A DNA stretch of 64,000 nt from Fibrobacterales bacterium (GCA_051532055.1 JAOPTX010000037.1:1-64000); one strand, 5' to 3'. Shown: positions 7,674 through 18,033, numbered from the stretch's first letter. A program made the numbers and translations. The notes: generated from the sequence alone by a model not told the origin.

Positions 7674-10223
7674 GTGAATATGAGCAACTTTTTTGATACA
7701 TATAACGAGCATGTAGCAGCCCGAGCCAAAGAAGGCATACCTCCCCTTCCTTTAACTATTGAACAAGCTTCTGACGTTATCACCCTTTTAAAAAAACCTT
7801 CTGCCGGTACCGAGCAAGAGCTATTTGACCTCATTGCGAACCGCGTAAATCCAGGTGTTGATCCGGCGGCAAAGCTCAAAGCAGAATTTCTTCTCGACCT
7901 CGCTCAAGAAACGGTAACTACACCAGTTGTTTCTGCTGAGAAAGCTATCGAACTCTTATCAACAATGGTTGGTGGATATAATATTGATGCACTTGTAACG
8001 ATAGTAGAAAGCGGCTCTTCCTTGGCATCTCAAGCAGCTGATGCCCTCAAAAAAATTGTACTTTCAGTCAACCGCTACGAAGATATTGAAGCTCTTGCAA
8101 AAAGTGGGAACACACTCGCAGAAGGTGTTATTGAATCATGGGCTTCAGCTGAGTGGTTTACAACACAGCCTGAAGTACCTGAAGCAATTAAAACAGTCCT
8201 ATATAAAGTAGATGGCGAGATAAATACCGATGATTTCTCACCTGCAGCATATGCATATACCCGTTCCGATATTCCCTTGCATGCAAATGTCATGGGTGGT
8301 ACGGTCTTTCCTAATGGACCGAAAGAAATTGTTGACCTCAGAACAGAAAATGATCTTCCTGTAAGTTTTGTGGGAGATGTCGTAGGAACTGGTTCTTCAC
8401 GAAAATCTGCATGTAACTCACTTCTTTGGCATATTGGTAATGAAATCCCTTTTATCCCCAATAAAAAACGTGGCGGCGTTATAATCGGTGGAATTATTGC
8501 TCCAATCTTTTTTAACACAGCAGAAGACTCAGGTTCTCTGCCTCTTCAAGCTGATGTAACAAAACTTAAAACCGGTATGGTTGTCACAGTATACCCTCAC
8601 AAAGGTGAAATTCATGATGAATCTGGTGCTGTAATAACAACATTTGAAAATAAACCTGCAACAATATTAGATGAATATCGTGCCGGTGGGCGCGTCCCAC
8701 TTATTATTGGAAAACTTCTCACCGGAAAAGCTCGTGAGTATTTAAAACTTTCTGTCATTGAAGAGAGTGGAATTTTTGTTAATCCCGAAAATACACAACC
8801 TTCGGAAGGGCAAGGCTATACTCTTGCCCAAAAAATGGTTGGAAAAGCGTGTGGCGTTGAGGGTATCCTCCCAGGAACTGCGTGCCTCCCAAAAATGACT
8901 ACTGTTGGGTCTCAAGATACAACAGGCCCAATGACCGCAAACGAAATGACAGAACTTGCCTGCCTCGAGTTCAATGCAGATCTCGTTATGCAATCATTCT
9001 GTCACACAGCCGCTTATCCAAAACCTTCTGATGTCATAACCCATTCAACTCTTCCCGATTTTATTAGCAGTCGCAAAGGTGTTGCTCTTCGCCCTGGCGA
9101 TGGTGTTATTCACTCTTGGCTTAACCGCCTGCTTGTTCCAGATACCGTAGGTACTGGTGGCGACTCTCATACTCGATTTCCAATGGGCATATCATTCCCT
9201 GCAGGGTCAGGACTTGTTGCATTTGGCGCCGCACTCGGTGTTATGCCTTTGGATATGCCCGAATCAATTCTTGTCCGTTTTAGTGGAAGCCTTCAACCTG
9301 GACTCACTCTTCGTGATGCTGTAAATATGATTCCATGGAAAGCAATACAAGAAGGTAAACTTACGGTTGCAAAAGAGGGTAAGAAAAATATCTTCTCGGG
9401 TAAAATCATTGAAATCGAAGGACTTCCTGACCTTAAAGTTGAACAAGCATTTGAGCTCACTGACGCAACAGCAGAACGTTCGGCTGCCGGTTCTACAATT
9501 AAACTTAACCGTGGCCCTGTCGAAGAGTATCTCAAGTCAAATGTCGCACTTATGGAAAAGATGATTGTTGATGGCTATAGTCATGCAGATACACTCCAGA
9601 AGCGTATTGATGATGTAAAGCACTGGCTTGCAACTGAAGAGCTCATGAGTGCTGACGCCAATGCTCAGTATGCCGACATTATTGAAATCAACCTAGACGA
9701 AATGACTGAGCCTATTCTAGCATGCCCTAATGATCCTGATGACGTAAAACTCATTTCTGAAGTGGCAGGAAACACTGTTGATGATGTTTTTATTGGATCA
9801 TGTATGACCAATATTGGCCTATTTAGAGCTGCCGGTAAAATCCTAGAAGGTAATGGATTTGCTGAATCACAACTCTGGGTATGTCCACCTACTAAGATGG
9901 ATGAAAAACAACTTATTGATGAAGGGTACTACTCAACATTCTCTGGAGCTGGTGCACGACTCGAGCTCCCAGGGTGCTCACTTTGTATGGGTAACCAAGC
10001 ACGCGTTAAAGACGGCCATACAGTATTCTCTACCTCTACCCGTAATTTTAACAACCGGTTAGGTAAAGATGCTAATGTCTATCTTGGGTCATCAGAGCTC
10101 GCAGCCGTAGTTGCACTCAAAGGCAAGATACCCACTAAAGAAGAATATCTTGCGCTTTACAATGAAACGATTGTTGGCAATGAAGATACTCTCTATCGCT
10201 ATTTGAATTTTCACTTAGCATAA
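7674..10223 (+). CDS. acnB: Aconitate hydratase B
   Basis: HEAT-like N-terminus, NTDDFSP, GTGSSRKSA, GSQDTTGPM, QSFCHT, GGDSHTRFP, LACPNDPDD, IGSCMTN, PGCSLCMGNQ, STRNF. Confidence 0.97.
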   Translation: MNMSNFFDTYNEHVAARAKEGIPPLPLTIEQASDVITLLKKPSAGTEQELFDLIANRVNPGVDPAAKLKAEFLLDLAQETVTTPVVSAEKAIELLSTMVGGYNIDALVTIVESGSSLASQAADALKKIVLSVNRYEDIEALAKSGNTLAEGVIESWASAEWFTTQPEVPEAIKTVLYKVDGEINTDDFSPAAYAYTRSDIPLHANVMGGTVFPNGPKEIVDLRTENDLPVSFVGDVVGTGSSRKSACNSLLWHIGNEIPFIPNKKRGGVIIGGIIAPIFFNTAEDSGSLPLQADVTKLKTGMVVTVYPHKGEIHDESGAVITTFENKPATILDEYRAGGRVPLIIGKLLTGKAREYLKLSVIEESGIFVNPENTQPSEGQGYTLAQKMVGKACGVEGILPGTACLPKMTTVGSQDTTGPMTANEMTELACLEFNADLVMQSFCHTAAYPKPSDVITHSTLPDFISSRKGVALRPGDGVIHSWLNRLLVPDTVGTGGDSHTRFPMGISFPAGSGLVAFGAALGVMPLDMPESILVRFSGSLQPGLTLRDAVNMIPWKAIQEGKLTVAKEGKKNIFSGKIIEIEGLPDLKVEQAFELTDATAERSAAGSTIKLNRGPVEEYLKSNVALMEKMIVDGYSHADTLQKRIDDVKHWLATEELMSADANAQYADIIEINLDEMTEPILACPNDPDDVKLISEVAGNTVDDVFIGSCMTNIGLFRAAGKILEGNGFAESQLWVCPPTKMDEKQLIDEGYYSTFSGAGARLELPGCSLCMGNQARVKDGHTVFSTSTRNFNNRLGKDANVYLGSSELAAVVALKGKIPTKEEYLALYNETIVGNEDTLYRYLNFHLA

Positions 10224-10238
10224 TCATTTATATACAAT

Positions 10239-10272
10239 AAAAAAGGGCAACTCAATGAGCTGCCCTTTTTTT
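10239..10272. terminator. Bidirectional intrinsic terminator
   Basis: AAAAAAGGGCAACTC-AAT-GAGCTGCCCTTTTTTT between convergent genes. Confidence 0.8.
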
Positions 10273-10293
10273 ATATCAATACATAAAACGATT

Positions 10294-11103
10294 TTAATAG
10301 CGGTATACAAATCCGATGCCCACGCCCCACGAACTTGATATCATAGTAGCCTCTGACAGAAGCTTTAAATCAGTCGCTAGCGGTTCACTTGAATCTTCAG
10401 CGACTTCATCACCAACTTTTGGGATGTCAGACAATTTTGTTCTTTTTGAAATATGAGCAACATCATATTTAGAGTAATTATAATACATAAAAGCATTACA
10501 CATAATATTGTCTATTATAGGAATCAGAAAACCACCTTTGACCTGAGTTCCTACACCTAAATCAATATCATACTCAAGCTCTGATGAAACAAAATTTGTA
10601 TCTTGACTAACCGATATCGCAGTCGCTTCCTGAGAATAGTCTAAAACCTTTGAGATATTGAGAGAACCACTTATATATGGCTTTACATAATAATCGGAAT
10701 ATTCATAATAAACCCCTATACCAAATGGCACTATAACCACCTCTGATTCAACGAATTCTTTAGCGAGAGTGGTATCATTTAAACTTATTTGCAAAAGGTT
10801 TTGAGCATCTGAATTTTGGTAGCCCATGGAAAGTAAAACTCCCCAATAGTCATTTATAGACTTTTTCACCGTGATATCATAGCCAAATCCTGCACCAATA
10901 TACGTTTCATTATTTGCCAAATCAGCAAATTGATTGGTCGATATATTCTCTCGATTATATTGAATATTGAAGTAGCTATTTCCAGAATTCAAACTCCATC
11001 CATGAAGTGTATTTATTTCAACAGACGTAGTTTGTTTTGCCAAACCTAAAGAACACATTAAAAATACAAGCAATAACAGACGATTCATTAATGACTCACT
11101 CAA
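10294..11103 (-). CDS. Outer membrane beta-barrel protein (OmpW/porin-like), function unknown
   Basis: Signal peptide, alternating aromatic beta strands (KPYISG), C-terminal WGVGIGFVYRY. Confidence 0.65.
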   Translation of the reverse strand: MSESLMNRLLLLVFLMCSLGLAKQTTSVEINTLHGWSLNSGNSYFNIQYNRENISTNQFADLANNETYIGAGFGYDITVKKSINDYWGVLLSMGYQNSDAQNLLQISLNDTTLAKEFVESEVVIVPFGIGVYYEYSDYYVKPYISGSLNISKVLDYSQEATAISVSQDTNFVSSELEYDIDLGVGTQVKGGFLIPIIDNIMCNAFMYYNYSKYDVAHISKRTKLSDIPKVGDEVAEDSSEPLATDLKLLSEATMISSSWGVGIGFVYRY

Positions 11104-11241
11104 AAATTAAAAGGTGAAATGTAAAAAATTATACATCAATCTAGCACCTATTCTCTCCATTAAAAAGCTCTTTTACCCCTTTATAAGCCCAAAGGTGAAA
11201 TATACAGTATTTTTCATATTCAATTCAGCAATGAGTAAAAT

Positions 11242-11278
11242 AAAAAAGGTCGAAGAGTGTAAGCTCTTCGACCTTTTT
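11242..11278 (-). terminator. Intrinsic terminator of the icd-citrate synthase fusion gene
   Basis: AAAAAAGGTCGAAGAG-TGTAAG-CTCTTCGACCTTTTT. Confidence 0.85.
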
Positions 11279-11297
11279 ATACTTATGTTACTAAAGG

Positions 11298-13937
11298 CTA
11301 TTTATCTCTACGTGGTCCCGCATAGATGTATTTAGGTCGCATAATTGGAACACCCTTACCACCACGAGCAACAGTGCGTTCATAAAGAATTTGCGCTGCA
11401 ATACCTACACATCGTGAAAGCCCAAAGAGTACCGTATAGTAGTTTTCATCTTCAAGACCACAGGCCTTGAGAAGTGATCCAGATACTGCATCAACATTAG
11501 GGTATGGATTAGAAACCTTTGGATTACGTGAAAGTACTTTAACCGCAACTTTTCTAAGAGCTTTAGCCATTTTAAAGTGTGGAGTATCAAGCCCTAGATC
11601 CTCGCCTAGCCCATATTGTACAGTCGCACGAGGATCTTCACCACGAAGTACTGCATGACCAAATCCAAATATTTTTCCACCATTATCAAAATGATTTTGA
11701 ATAAACGCTTCAAGAGCATCTTCATCTTCAGGATTAGGAACCTTCTCTAATACTAAATCGATAAAGGCTAAACACTCTTGATTTGCACGACCATGAAGTG
11801 GTCCATCTAAAGCACACATTGCTGCAATTAATGAGCCATACACATGTTCATGTCCTGATGCTACTGCTTTACCTACGAGGGTTGAAAGGTTGCCTCCCCC
11901 ATGGTCATAGTGAAGAATATTAAATATTTTCATTAACTGTTTTAAATTCTCATGTGCTCCTGGAGCTCCCATCATATGGGTAAAGTTTTCCATATACCCG
12001 AGTTCTGGTTTTGATGGAATTGCATCTCCCCATCCCTCACGGAATCGAAAAATTGCTGCAACAACTTCTGGAATTTGAGCAACAAAATTCATACAGTCAT
12101 TACGGTAATTACTGGTATTAAACATAGCCATGGAATTAATACCAGTGACGAGCCACTGCATTGGATGCGCATCTTTCGGCAAACGAGCGAGGCGTTCAAG
12201 TATTAATGGATGTAGCTTAGAGCGATCTCTCAACTCTTCTTTGAAATCAAGAAGTTGCTGTTTATCTGGAAGTTCCAAGTTAAAAAGTAGGTAGATAACT
12301 TCTTCTGGTGCTTTATACGCTAATTCAGCTATTGGATAGCCAGCATAGTGTACACCATCAATTGGATCAACAAAACTTGTAACACAATGTCCAACAGGAA
12401 CACTGCGGAGTCCCGAATCAAGATTATTTTCTTTAATTTTATAGAGAGTGTTATTTTGAAATTTAACTACTTCATCATCTTTACCATCAAATGGTGCGAG
12501 AGATCTTCCTTCAGCATTTTTCAAGTAATCCTGAAGATTACTTTGATAGAGGCGTTCACCACGCCCCGACTCCATTTGATTTGCTTCAATGTTGGCTCTA
12601 TTTTCAAACTGATCAACAACACTTATTTTATCAGTTTTTTTTTGAACCTTTTTTTTTTGAAATTTTCTTTGAGCTGCAAGCTCGGCAATAGTATCAACCA
12701 TCACCTTACCAAATCCAGAACAAGAGAGCCCTTCAGCGCCAGTCATCTGATCAGCAAGATCTTTAGTAACTTTCTTTACACGGATACATTCAGTCAAGGC
12801 ATCACACACCAAGTCTGCGGCGTCTTTCCAATTAAAAAACTCCAGCATCATCACTGCACTTAAAAGTACCGATGATGGATTTGCAAGATCCATTCCAGCA
12901 ATTGCAGGAGCCGTACCATGAGTCGCCTCAAAGATTACTGTTTTATCACCAAAGTTAGCTCCTGGAGCAAGTCCGAGTCCACCAACTTGTGCTGCACATG
13001 CATCAGAAAGGTAGTCACCATTCAAATTGAGTGTGGCAATCACGTCATACTGAGCAGGATCAAGTAATAAGTTTTGAAACATAGCATCTGCAATAACATC
13101 ATTAATAAGGATTTTACCTTTCGGTTGTTTCCCTTTGTATTTAGTCTGTACTTCTTCCCAAGTAACAACTTTATTGCCAAACTCTTTTTTCGCAACTTCA
13201 TAACCCCAGTTTCTAAATCCACCTTCGGTGAATTTCATGATGTTACCTTTATGAACCAAAGTTACTGTTGGGCGATTATTATCGATTGCATATTGAATAG
13301 CGCGTTTAACTAAGCGTTTTGAGCCTAGAGCTGAAACTGGTTTAATACCAATTGCACTTGCTGGACGCACTTTTTTACCAGTGGTCTCAGCAATAAATTT
13401 AATAAGTTCTTTTGCATCTTTCGAACCAGCCTTATACTCAATTCCTGCGTATACATCTTCTGTATTCTCGCGAAAAATTACGACATCAAGTTCACCCGGA
13501 TGCTTAACAGGCGCTGACACACCTGGAAACCAGCGTACTGGACGTACACATGCATACAAATCGAGAGTTTGTCTCAGTGCAACATTAATTGAGCGAATGC
13601 CCCCACCAATAGGTGTAGTGAGCGGTCCTTTAATCCCTACTTTAAACTCTTTGAGTGCTTTAAGAGTTTCTGCGGGTAGCCATTCATTTTCGCCATATAC
13701 TCCAAGAGCTTTTTCGCCAGCAAAAATCTCCATCCATTCAATTTTCTTTTTACCATTGTATGCAGCTTCGACTGATGCGTCTAAGATTCTTTTAGCCACA
13801 CTCCAAATGTCAGGACCGATACCATCACCTTCGATAAAAGGAACAATAGGGTGGTCCGTTTTTTTAGGAACACCCTTTGCTGTAAACTCGATCTTTTTCC
13901 CTGATGTTGGTACTGTAATGTGCTTGTATTTTGCCAT
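11298..13937 (-). CDS. icd: Fused isocitrate dehydrogenase (N-terminal ~420 aa) and citrate synthase (C-terminal ~385 aa)
   Basis: Icd motifs: [69 protein letters not shown]. Citrate synthase motifs: [49 protein letters not shown]. One uninterrupted ORF. Confidence 0.93.
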   Translation of the reverse strand: MAKYKHITVPTSGKKIEFTAKGVPKKTDHPIVPFIEGDGIGPDIWSVAKRILDASVEAAYNGKKKIEWMEIFAGEKALGVYGENEWLPAETLKALKEFKVGIKGPLTTPIGGGIRSINVALRQTLDLYACVRPVRWFPGVSAPVKHPGELDVVIFRENTEDVYAGIEYKAGSKDAKELIKFIAETTGKKVRPASAIGIKPVSALGSKRLVKRAIQYAIDNNRPTVTLVHKGNIMKFTEGGFRNWGYEVAKKEFGNKVVTWEEVQTKYKGKQPKGKILINDVIADAMFQNLLLDPAQYDVIATLNLNGDYLSDACAAQVGGLGLAPGANFGDKTVIFEATHGTAPAIAGMDLANPSSVLLSAVMMLEFFNWKDAADLVCDALTECIRVKKVTKDLADQMTGAEGLSCSGFGKVMVDTIAELAAQRKFQKKKVQKKTDKISVVDQFENRANIEANQMESGRGERLYQSNLQDYLKNAEGRSLAPFDGKDDEVVKFQNNTLYKIKENNLDSGLRSVPVGHCVTSFVDPIDGVHYAGYPIAELAYKAPEEVIYLLFNLELPDKQQLLDFKEELRDRSKLHPLILERLARLPKDAHPMQWLVTGINSMAMFNTSNYRNDCMNFVAQIPEVVAAIFRFREGWGDAIPSKPELGYMENFTHMMGAPGAHENLKQLMKIFNILHYDHGGGNLSTLVGKAVASGHEHVYGSLIAAMCALDGPLHGRANQECLAFIDLVLEKVPNPEDEDALEAFIQNHFDNGGKIFGFGHAVLRGEDPRATVQYGLGEDLGLDTPHFKMAKALRKVAVKVLSRNPKVSNPYPNVDAVSGSLLKACGLEDENYYTVLFGLSRCVGIAAQILYERTVARGGKGVPIMRPKYIYAGPRRDK

Positions 13938-14269
13938 AGTTCTTACGCCTCACTCTTCTTTTTCTATATTAGCGACGACTAATTTAAAAAAAATCTCTCG
14001 GATTTACACCACTTTCTGTAATTACCGAATATCATAATTTGTTAATACCTAGTCTATGATTTAAATGTAAGAGTTTCAAGTGGAAAACGACCCCTCCTTA
14101 CTCGTTTTTATTTAGGAATTTCAATTTTGTATTAGATCAATTTGTAATTTCCAAAGAAAATAACCTCTTTTTAAACCAATTTTGATGAACTCAAATATTT
14201 TTATAACCTCAATATTTAAAAATTAGTATACTGGCACTATTCATTACTACTCTACCTACAAAGGATGTT

Positions 14270-15055
14270 ATGCTTACGCGTCGCTATTTTTCTACTGACT
14301 CGATTTCTCTCGAATATGCAGAAGGCCCTGACAATGGCTCAACTGTAATTATATTACATGGTATTACGAGTAGATGGCAGGAAAACATACCACTATTTAG
14401 CCCTCTCACCTTTAACCACAAAGTCTACGCCCTCTCTTTTCGTGGTCATGGGACTTCATTTCGCGCAGATAGCTATACAGTTTCAGATTACACTAGTGAC
14501 GTTCTTGCTTTCATAAAAACATTAAAAGCTGAGCATGTCACTCTCATTGGGCACTCACTCGGAGGATTGGTTTCTCTCAATATAGCGTCACTCTATCCTG
14601 ACATCGTTAAATCAGTATGTGCTATCGAACCGGTTCTTTTCCCCGAGATATTAGAGCAAAAATGGTGGAAAGAGACCTTTGCAAGTTGGAAATTACTTTC
14701 CGAAGAATTTGACAGCAAAGAGATCATTTATAGAGCATTTAAGGAGAATAGCGCTGCAGCCCGGATGAAAGCAAAATCTCTTGCACGACTCGATTCGAAG
14801 GTACTAGATATCGGTCCTGAATTTGTTAAAGGAGTACACCGAGAGGAAGTCCTCTCAGCAATTACTTGTCCTGTGCACCTTATTTACGGTAATCAAGAAC
14901 TTGGTGGAATATTAAGCCATAAAAATATAGAATGGATCACAACCCAACTTCACAACTGGTCCTCTGATTATTTTGACGGTTCAGGCCACGTCCCTCAATC
15001 AGACGAACTCCAAAAAGCGATTATATCAGTAAGCTCATTTTTAGAGTCTCTCTAA
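14270..15055 (+). CDS. Alpha/beta hydrolase
   Basis: LHGITS, FRGHG, GHSLGG nucleophile elbow, GSGHVP. Confidence 0.9.
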   Translation: MLTRRYFSTDSISLEYAEGPDNGSTVIILHGITSRWQENIPLFSPLTFNHKVYALSFRGHGTSFRADSYTVSDYTSDVLAFIKTLKAEHVTLIGHSLGGLVSLNIASLYPDIVKSVCAIEPVLFPEILEQKWWKETFASWKLLSEEFDSKEIIYRAFKENSAAARMKAKSLARLDSKVLDIGPEFVKGVHREEVLSAITCPVHLIYGNQELGGILSHKNIEWITTQLHNWSSDYFDGSGHVPQSDELQKAIISVSSFLESL

Positions 15056-15196
15056 TTGCCCTGTGTCACTCGCTGGAGTCTTAGATACTTTAAAGGCTCT
15101 ATTTATAGTCATACACATCGCCCGCTTTTTTCGTAATTATCTTGCACCTCCCCCTAAAATTTAAGATACTATAGTACTTAAACTCTTTGGTGGACC

Positions 15197-16447
15197 ATGC
15201 AAACTATTTTAATTTTACAAAATAGCAAGACCCTTGCAGAACTCATTAGTCGGGAGATTGAACGACATACTCATTTTAAAACCGTATGTTGTTTCTCATT
15301 AGCCGACGCCCAAAGCGCTCTTTCGAGTCAAAAATTTCTTGCTGCAATTGTAGCCATGGTTATTGAAGATGCCGAGTCTGGTGAACCCGTTGATTTTACT
15401 CTTTCTCAAAAGATACCTACAATTGTTTTTACCTCGAGCTATAGTGACACACTCCAAAAAACACTCTGGAAAAAGCCAATCATAGATTATGTAATTAAAG
15501 ATAACCCCGACAATATTGGGTATATTATCACGCTTCTTAAGAGACTAGAAAAAAATATTACTACCAAAGTACTCATTTGTGATGACTCAGAGCTCACCCG
15601 TAATGTAGCGTCTAAACTTCTCGAAAATCACCTTTACTCAGTCTTTTTGGCAGAGGATGGAGTAACTGCCCTCAAGGTACTCAGAGATAATCCAGATATT
15701 AGACTTCTCTTGACTGACTATATAATGCCAAGTATGAATGGCCTAGAGCTTATTCAAAAAGTGAGAAGAAAATACCCTAAAGAAAAATTAGCAATTATTG
15801 GAATGACCTCTGATTCTTCTCGCGGTATGTCGGCCCAATTTATAAAAAGTGGTGCAAATGATTTTATACCAAAACCCTACCTAAATGATGAATTTTACTG
15901 TCGTATCAATCAAAATATTGAAACTATCGAACATATAAAAGAGATACAACACGCTTCAGATACCGACTATTTAACGGGTCTCTACAATAGAAGATTCCTT
16001 TTTACAGAGTCAAAACAATATTTTGAAAGTACTCAGAATGATATTGCAGTTGCCATGTTTGATATCGACTCTTTTAAAGCCATCAATGACACCTATGGTC
16101 ATCTTGATGGTGATGCTGCTATTATATCACTTGCAGAGGGTCTTAAGAGGCGGTTCACCAAAAGTGCTATTATCTGTAGATTTGGCGGTGATGAACTCTG
16201 CATCTTTTTTTATGATACGACTGCATTTGAACCACTTATAGAACTCGAACTTTTTAGACAAGAAGTAGAGTCTACAACAATTGTAACTCAAGAGAATAAC
16301 CTCAAAATAACCATTAGTATTGGAGTCTGTGTCAAACGAAAAGAGACTGTAGAAAAAATGATCAACCATGCCGATCAAATGCTTTACGAAGCAAAAAATC
16401 AAGGTAAAAATGTTGTCGTAATCGATAACGAGCTTGATCTGTCATAA
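15197..16447 (+). CDS. Response-regulator diguanylate cyclase (REC-REC-GGDEF)
   Basis: ICDDS...LTDYIMP...FIPKP receiver; TDYLTGLYNRR, DIDSFKAINDTYGH, RFGGDEL. Confidence 0.9.
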   Translation: MQTILILQNSKTLAELISREIERHTHFKTVCCFSLADAQSALSSQKFLAAIVAMVIEDAESGEPVDFTLSQKIPTIVFTSSYSDTLQKTLWKKPIIDYVIKDNPDNIGYIITLLKRLEKNITTKVLICDDSELTRNVASKLLENHLYSVFLAEDGVTALKVLRDNPDIRLLLTDYIMPSMNGLELIQKVRRKYPKEKLAIIGMTSDSSRGMSAQFIKSGANDFIPKPYLNDEFYCRINQNIETIEHIKEIQHASDTDYLTGLYNRRFLFTESKQYFESTQNDIAVAMFDIDSFKAINDTYGHLDGDAAIISLAEGLKRRFTKSAIICRFGGDELCIFFYDTTAFEPLIELELFRQEVESTTIVTQENNLKITISIGVCVKRKETVEKMINHADQMLYEAKNQGKNVVVIDNELDLS

Positions 16448-16509
16448 CCAATCATACAACCATGTTTATGTTTTAATATTAAACTATTTTATTTGTTATC
16501 TTTGAAGCT

Positions 16510-17364
16510 ATGCGCAAACAAACAGTTATTTTACATAGTGCCGTAATACTTCTCAGTGTTCCTGCTCTCTTTGCCAAAGGTATAGATATTCCGGCAGGTA
16601 TGCTCGTTTGGTGGCGCTGTTTTATTGGAGCTATCGCTTCACTCCTTATCTTATGGAGTGTTAAAAAATTAAGTGTTCCGACTGCTCAACAAAAATGGAT
16701 TATACTCACTGGTACCCTCATGGGATTTCATTGGTGGACCTATTTTGCATCAATACAGTATTCGACGGTAGCAATAGGTATTCTCTCACTTTTTACATAT
16801 CCCCTTATCACCGTTCTTCTTGAGCCCTTCTTTTTCAAAACGCCACTCAGCAGCAGACAAATCATCGGGGCATGCGGTATACTTGCTGGTGTATTTTTCC
16901 TCGTGCCTGAATTCTCTTTAGAAAACGAAACAACCTTCGGGGTACTCATTGGTATACTATCTGCACTCTTTTTTTCACTACGCAACATGCTGACAAAAAA
17001 GTACCTCAACTCCACACCAGCCATTACCACCATGGGCTATCATATTATTATAGCCTCCATTGCACTCACGCTCACACTCCCCTTCAATAATTCACCATTT
17101 ATTATACCCTCTCTCAAACAATTAGGACTCATCACCATACTCTCCACATTTTTTACTTTTGGCTCTCATGGACTTCTTGTCTACTCTCTCAAAAGTTTTA
17201 CTCCAGCAACCATATCTATTCTTAGTAGCTTACAAGTAGTATATGGCCCACTCTTTGCAGCCCTCTACTTTTCAGAATTCCCTCCTCTTTATTTCTATTA
17301 TGGTGCAGTTATCATTGTAGGTATTGCCCTCTATGAAATTACAACTGCGCACTATTCTAAATAA
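16510..17364 (+). CDS. EamA/DMT family transporter
   Basis: About 10 hydrophobic helices; HWWTYFASIQYSTVA, LLEP motifs. Confidence 0.85.
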   Translation: MRKQTVILHSAVILLSVPALFAKGIDIPAGMLVWWRCFIGAIASLLILWSVKKLSVPTAQQKWIILTGTLMGFHWWTYFASIQYSTVAIGILSLFTYPLITVLLEPFFFKTPLSSRQIIGACGILAGVFFLVPEFSLENETTFGVLIGILSALFFSLRNMLTKKYLNSTPAITTMGYHIIIASIALTLTLPFNNSPFIIPSLKQLGLITILSTFFTFGSHGLLVYSLKSFTPATISILSSLQVVYGPLFAALYFSEFPPLYFYYGAVIIVGIALYEITTAHYSK

Positions 17365-17429
17365 TAGTGTTATAGATTTTTTTGATAAATACCAGTATAA
17401 TTTAAACTACCAAATATAATGGAGCACCT

Positions 17430-18032
17430 ATGTCACTGTCATCCTCATGTATGAACGTATATAAACACGCACTCGTAAAATCTGTACGGAGAGCAGTAGT
17501 TCGCTACTGCATTTATGGCGCTCTTATGTTGGCAGGGGAAATCTCATTTTATACCATCAGCAAAATAGGAAGAACTCTACCAGACTGGATTAGCTGGTTT
17601 TTTAATTATAGCTGGCGTGTCGATCCGGTACTCGACCTTAATCACATATGGGATGTTCCCATTACCACTTTTTATGGGCAAGCATCACTCTGGATGTTTT
17701 TTGTGTATGCATCCATTTTTGTCTTTGGACTCGAACCAATGTATGCTCGAATTAAATACTCCCTCAATTGGTTTGTACGTGGACTTATTTACATGGGTAT
17801 TATTCTCGCAATGGAGTGCTTAACCGGATGGATACTTTTTTGGCTCACTGGTTGGTCTATCTGGTATTATGCCGATGGGCCACTGACAATTTTTACCTAT
17901 ACCAGCTTTGCAATAGCGCCAATGTGGTTTGTTTTAGGAGTTATATCAGAGCGTGTGATAGATATTATTTATCGACTGTCAGAAATGAAAGGGATATTAA
18001 AAGAGAATAACCTCCCAACACGACGGTCGTAG
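17430..18032 (+). CDS. Membrane protein, TMEM229/putative ABC type IV permease-like
   Basis: GQASLWMFFVY, RGLIY...ECLTGW, W.Y, APMWF pattern. Confidence 0.55.
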   Translation: MSLSSSCMNVYKHALVKSVRRAVVRYCIYGALMLAGEISFYTISKIGRTLPDWISWFFNYSWRVDPVLDLNHIWDVPITTFYGQASLWMFFVYASIFVFGLEPMYARIKYSLNWFVRGLIYMGIILAMECLTGWILFWLTGWSIWYYADGPLTIFTYTSFAIAPMWFVLGVISERVIDIIYRLSEMKGILKENNLPTRRS

Positions 18033-18033
18033 A

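Noticed and set aside
12573..12575. Independent citrate synthase start at the internal ATG (MESGRG...)
   Set aside because: No SD, no in-frame stop upstream, and it lies about 40 codons before citrate synthase homology begins; cannot be fully excluded without reads
13381..14037. 218-aa plus-strand ORF
   Set aside because: Antisense shadow of icd with no recognisable motifs
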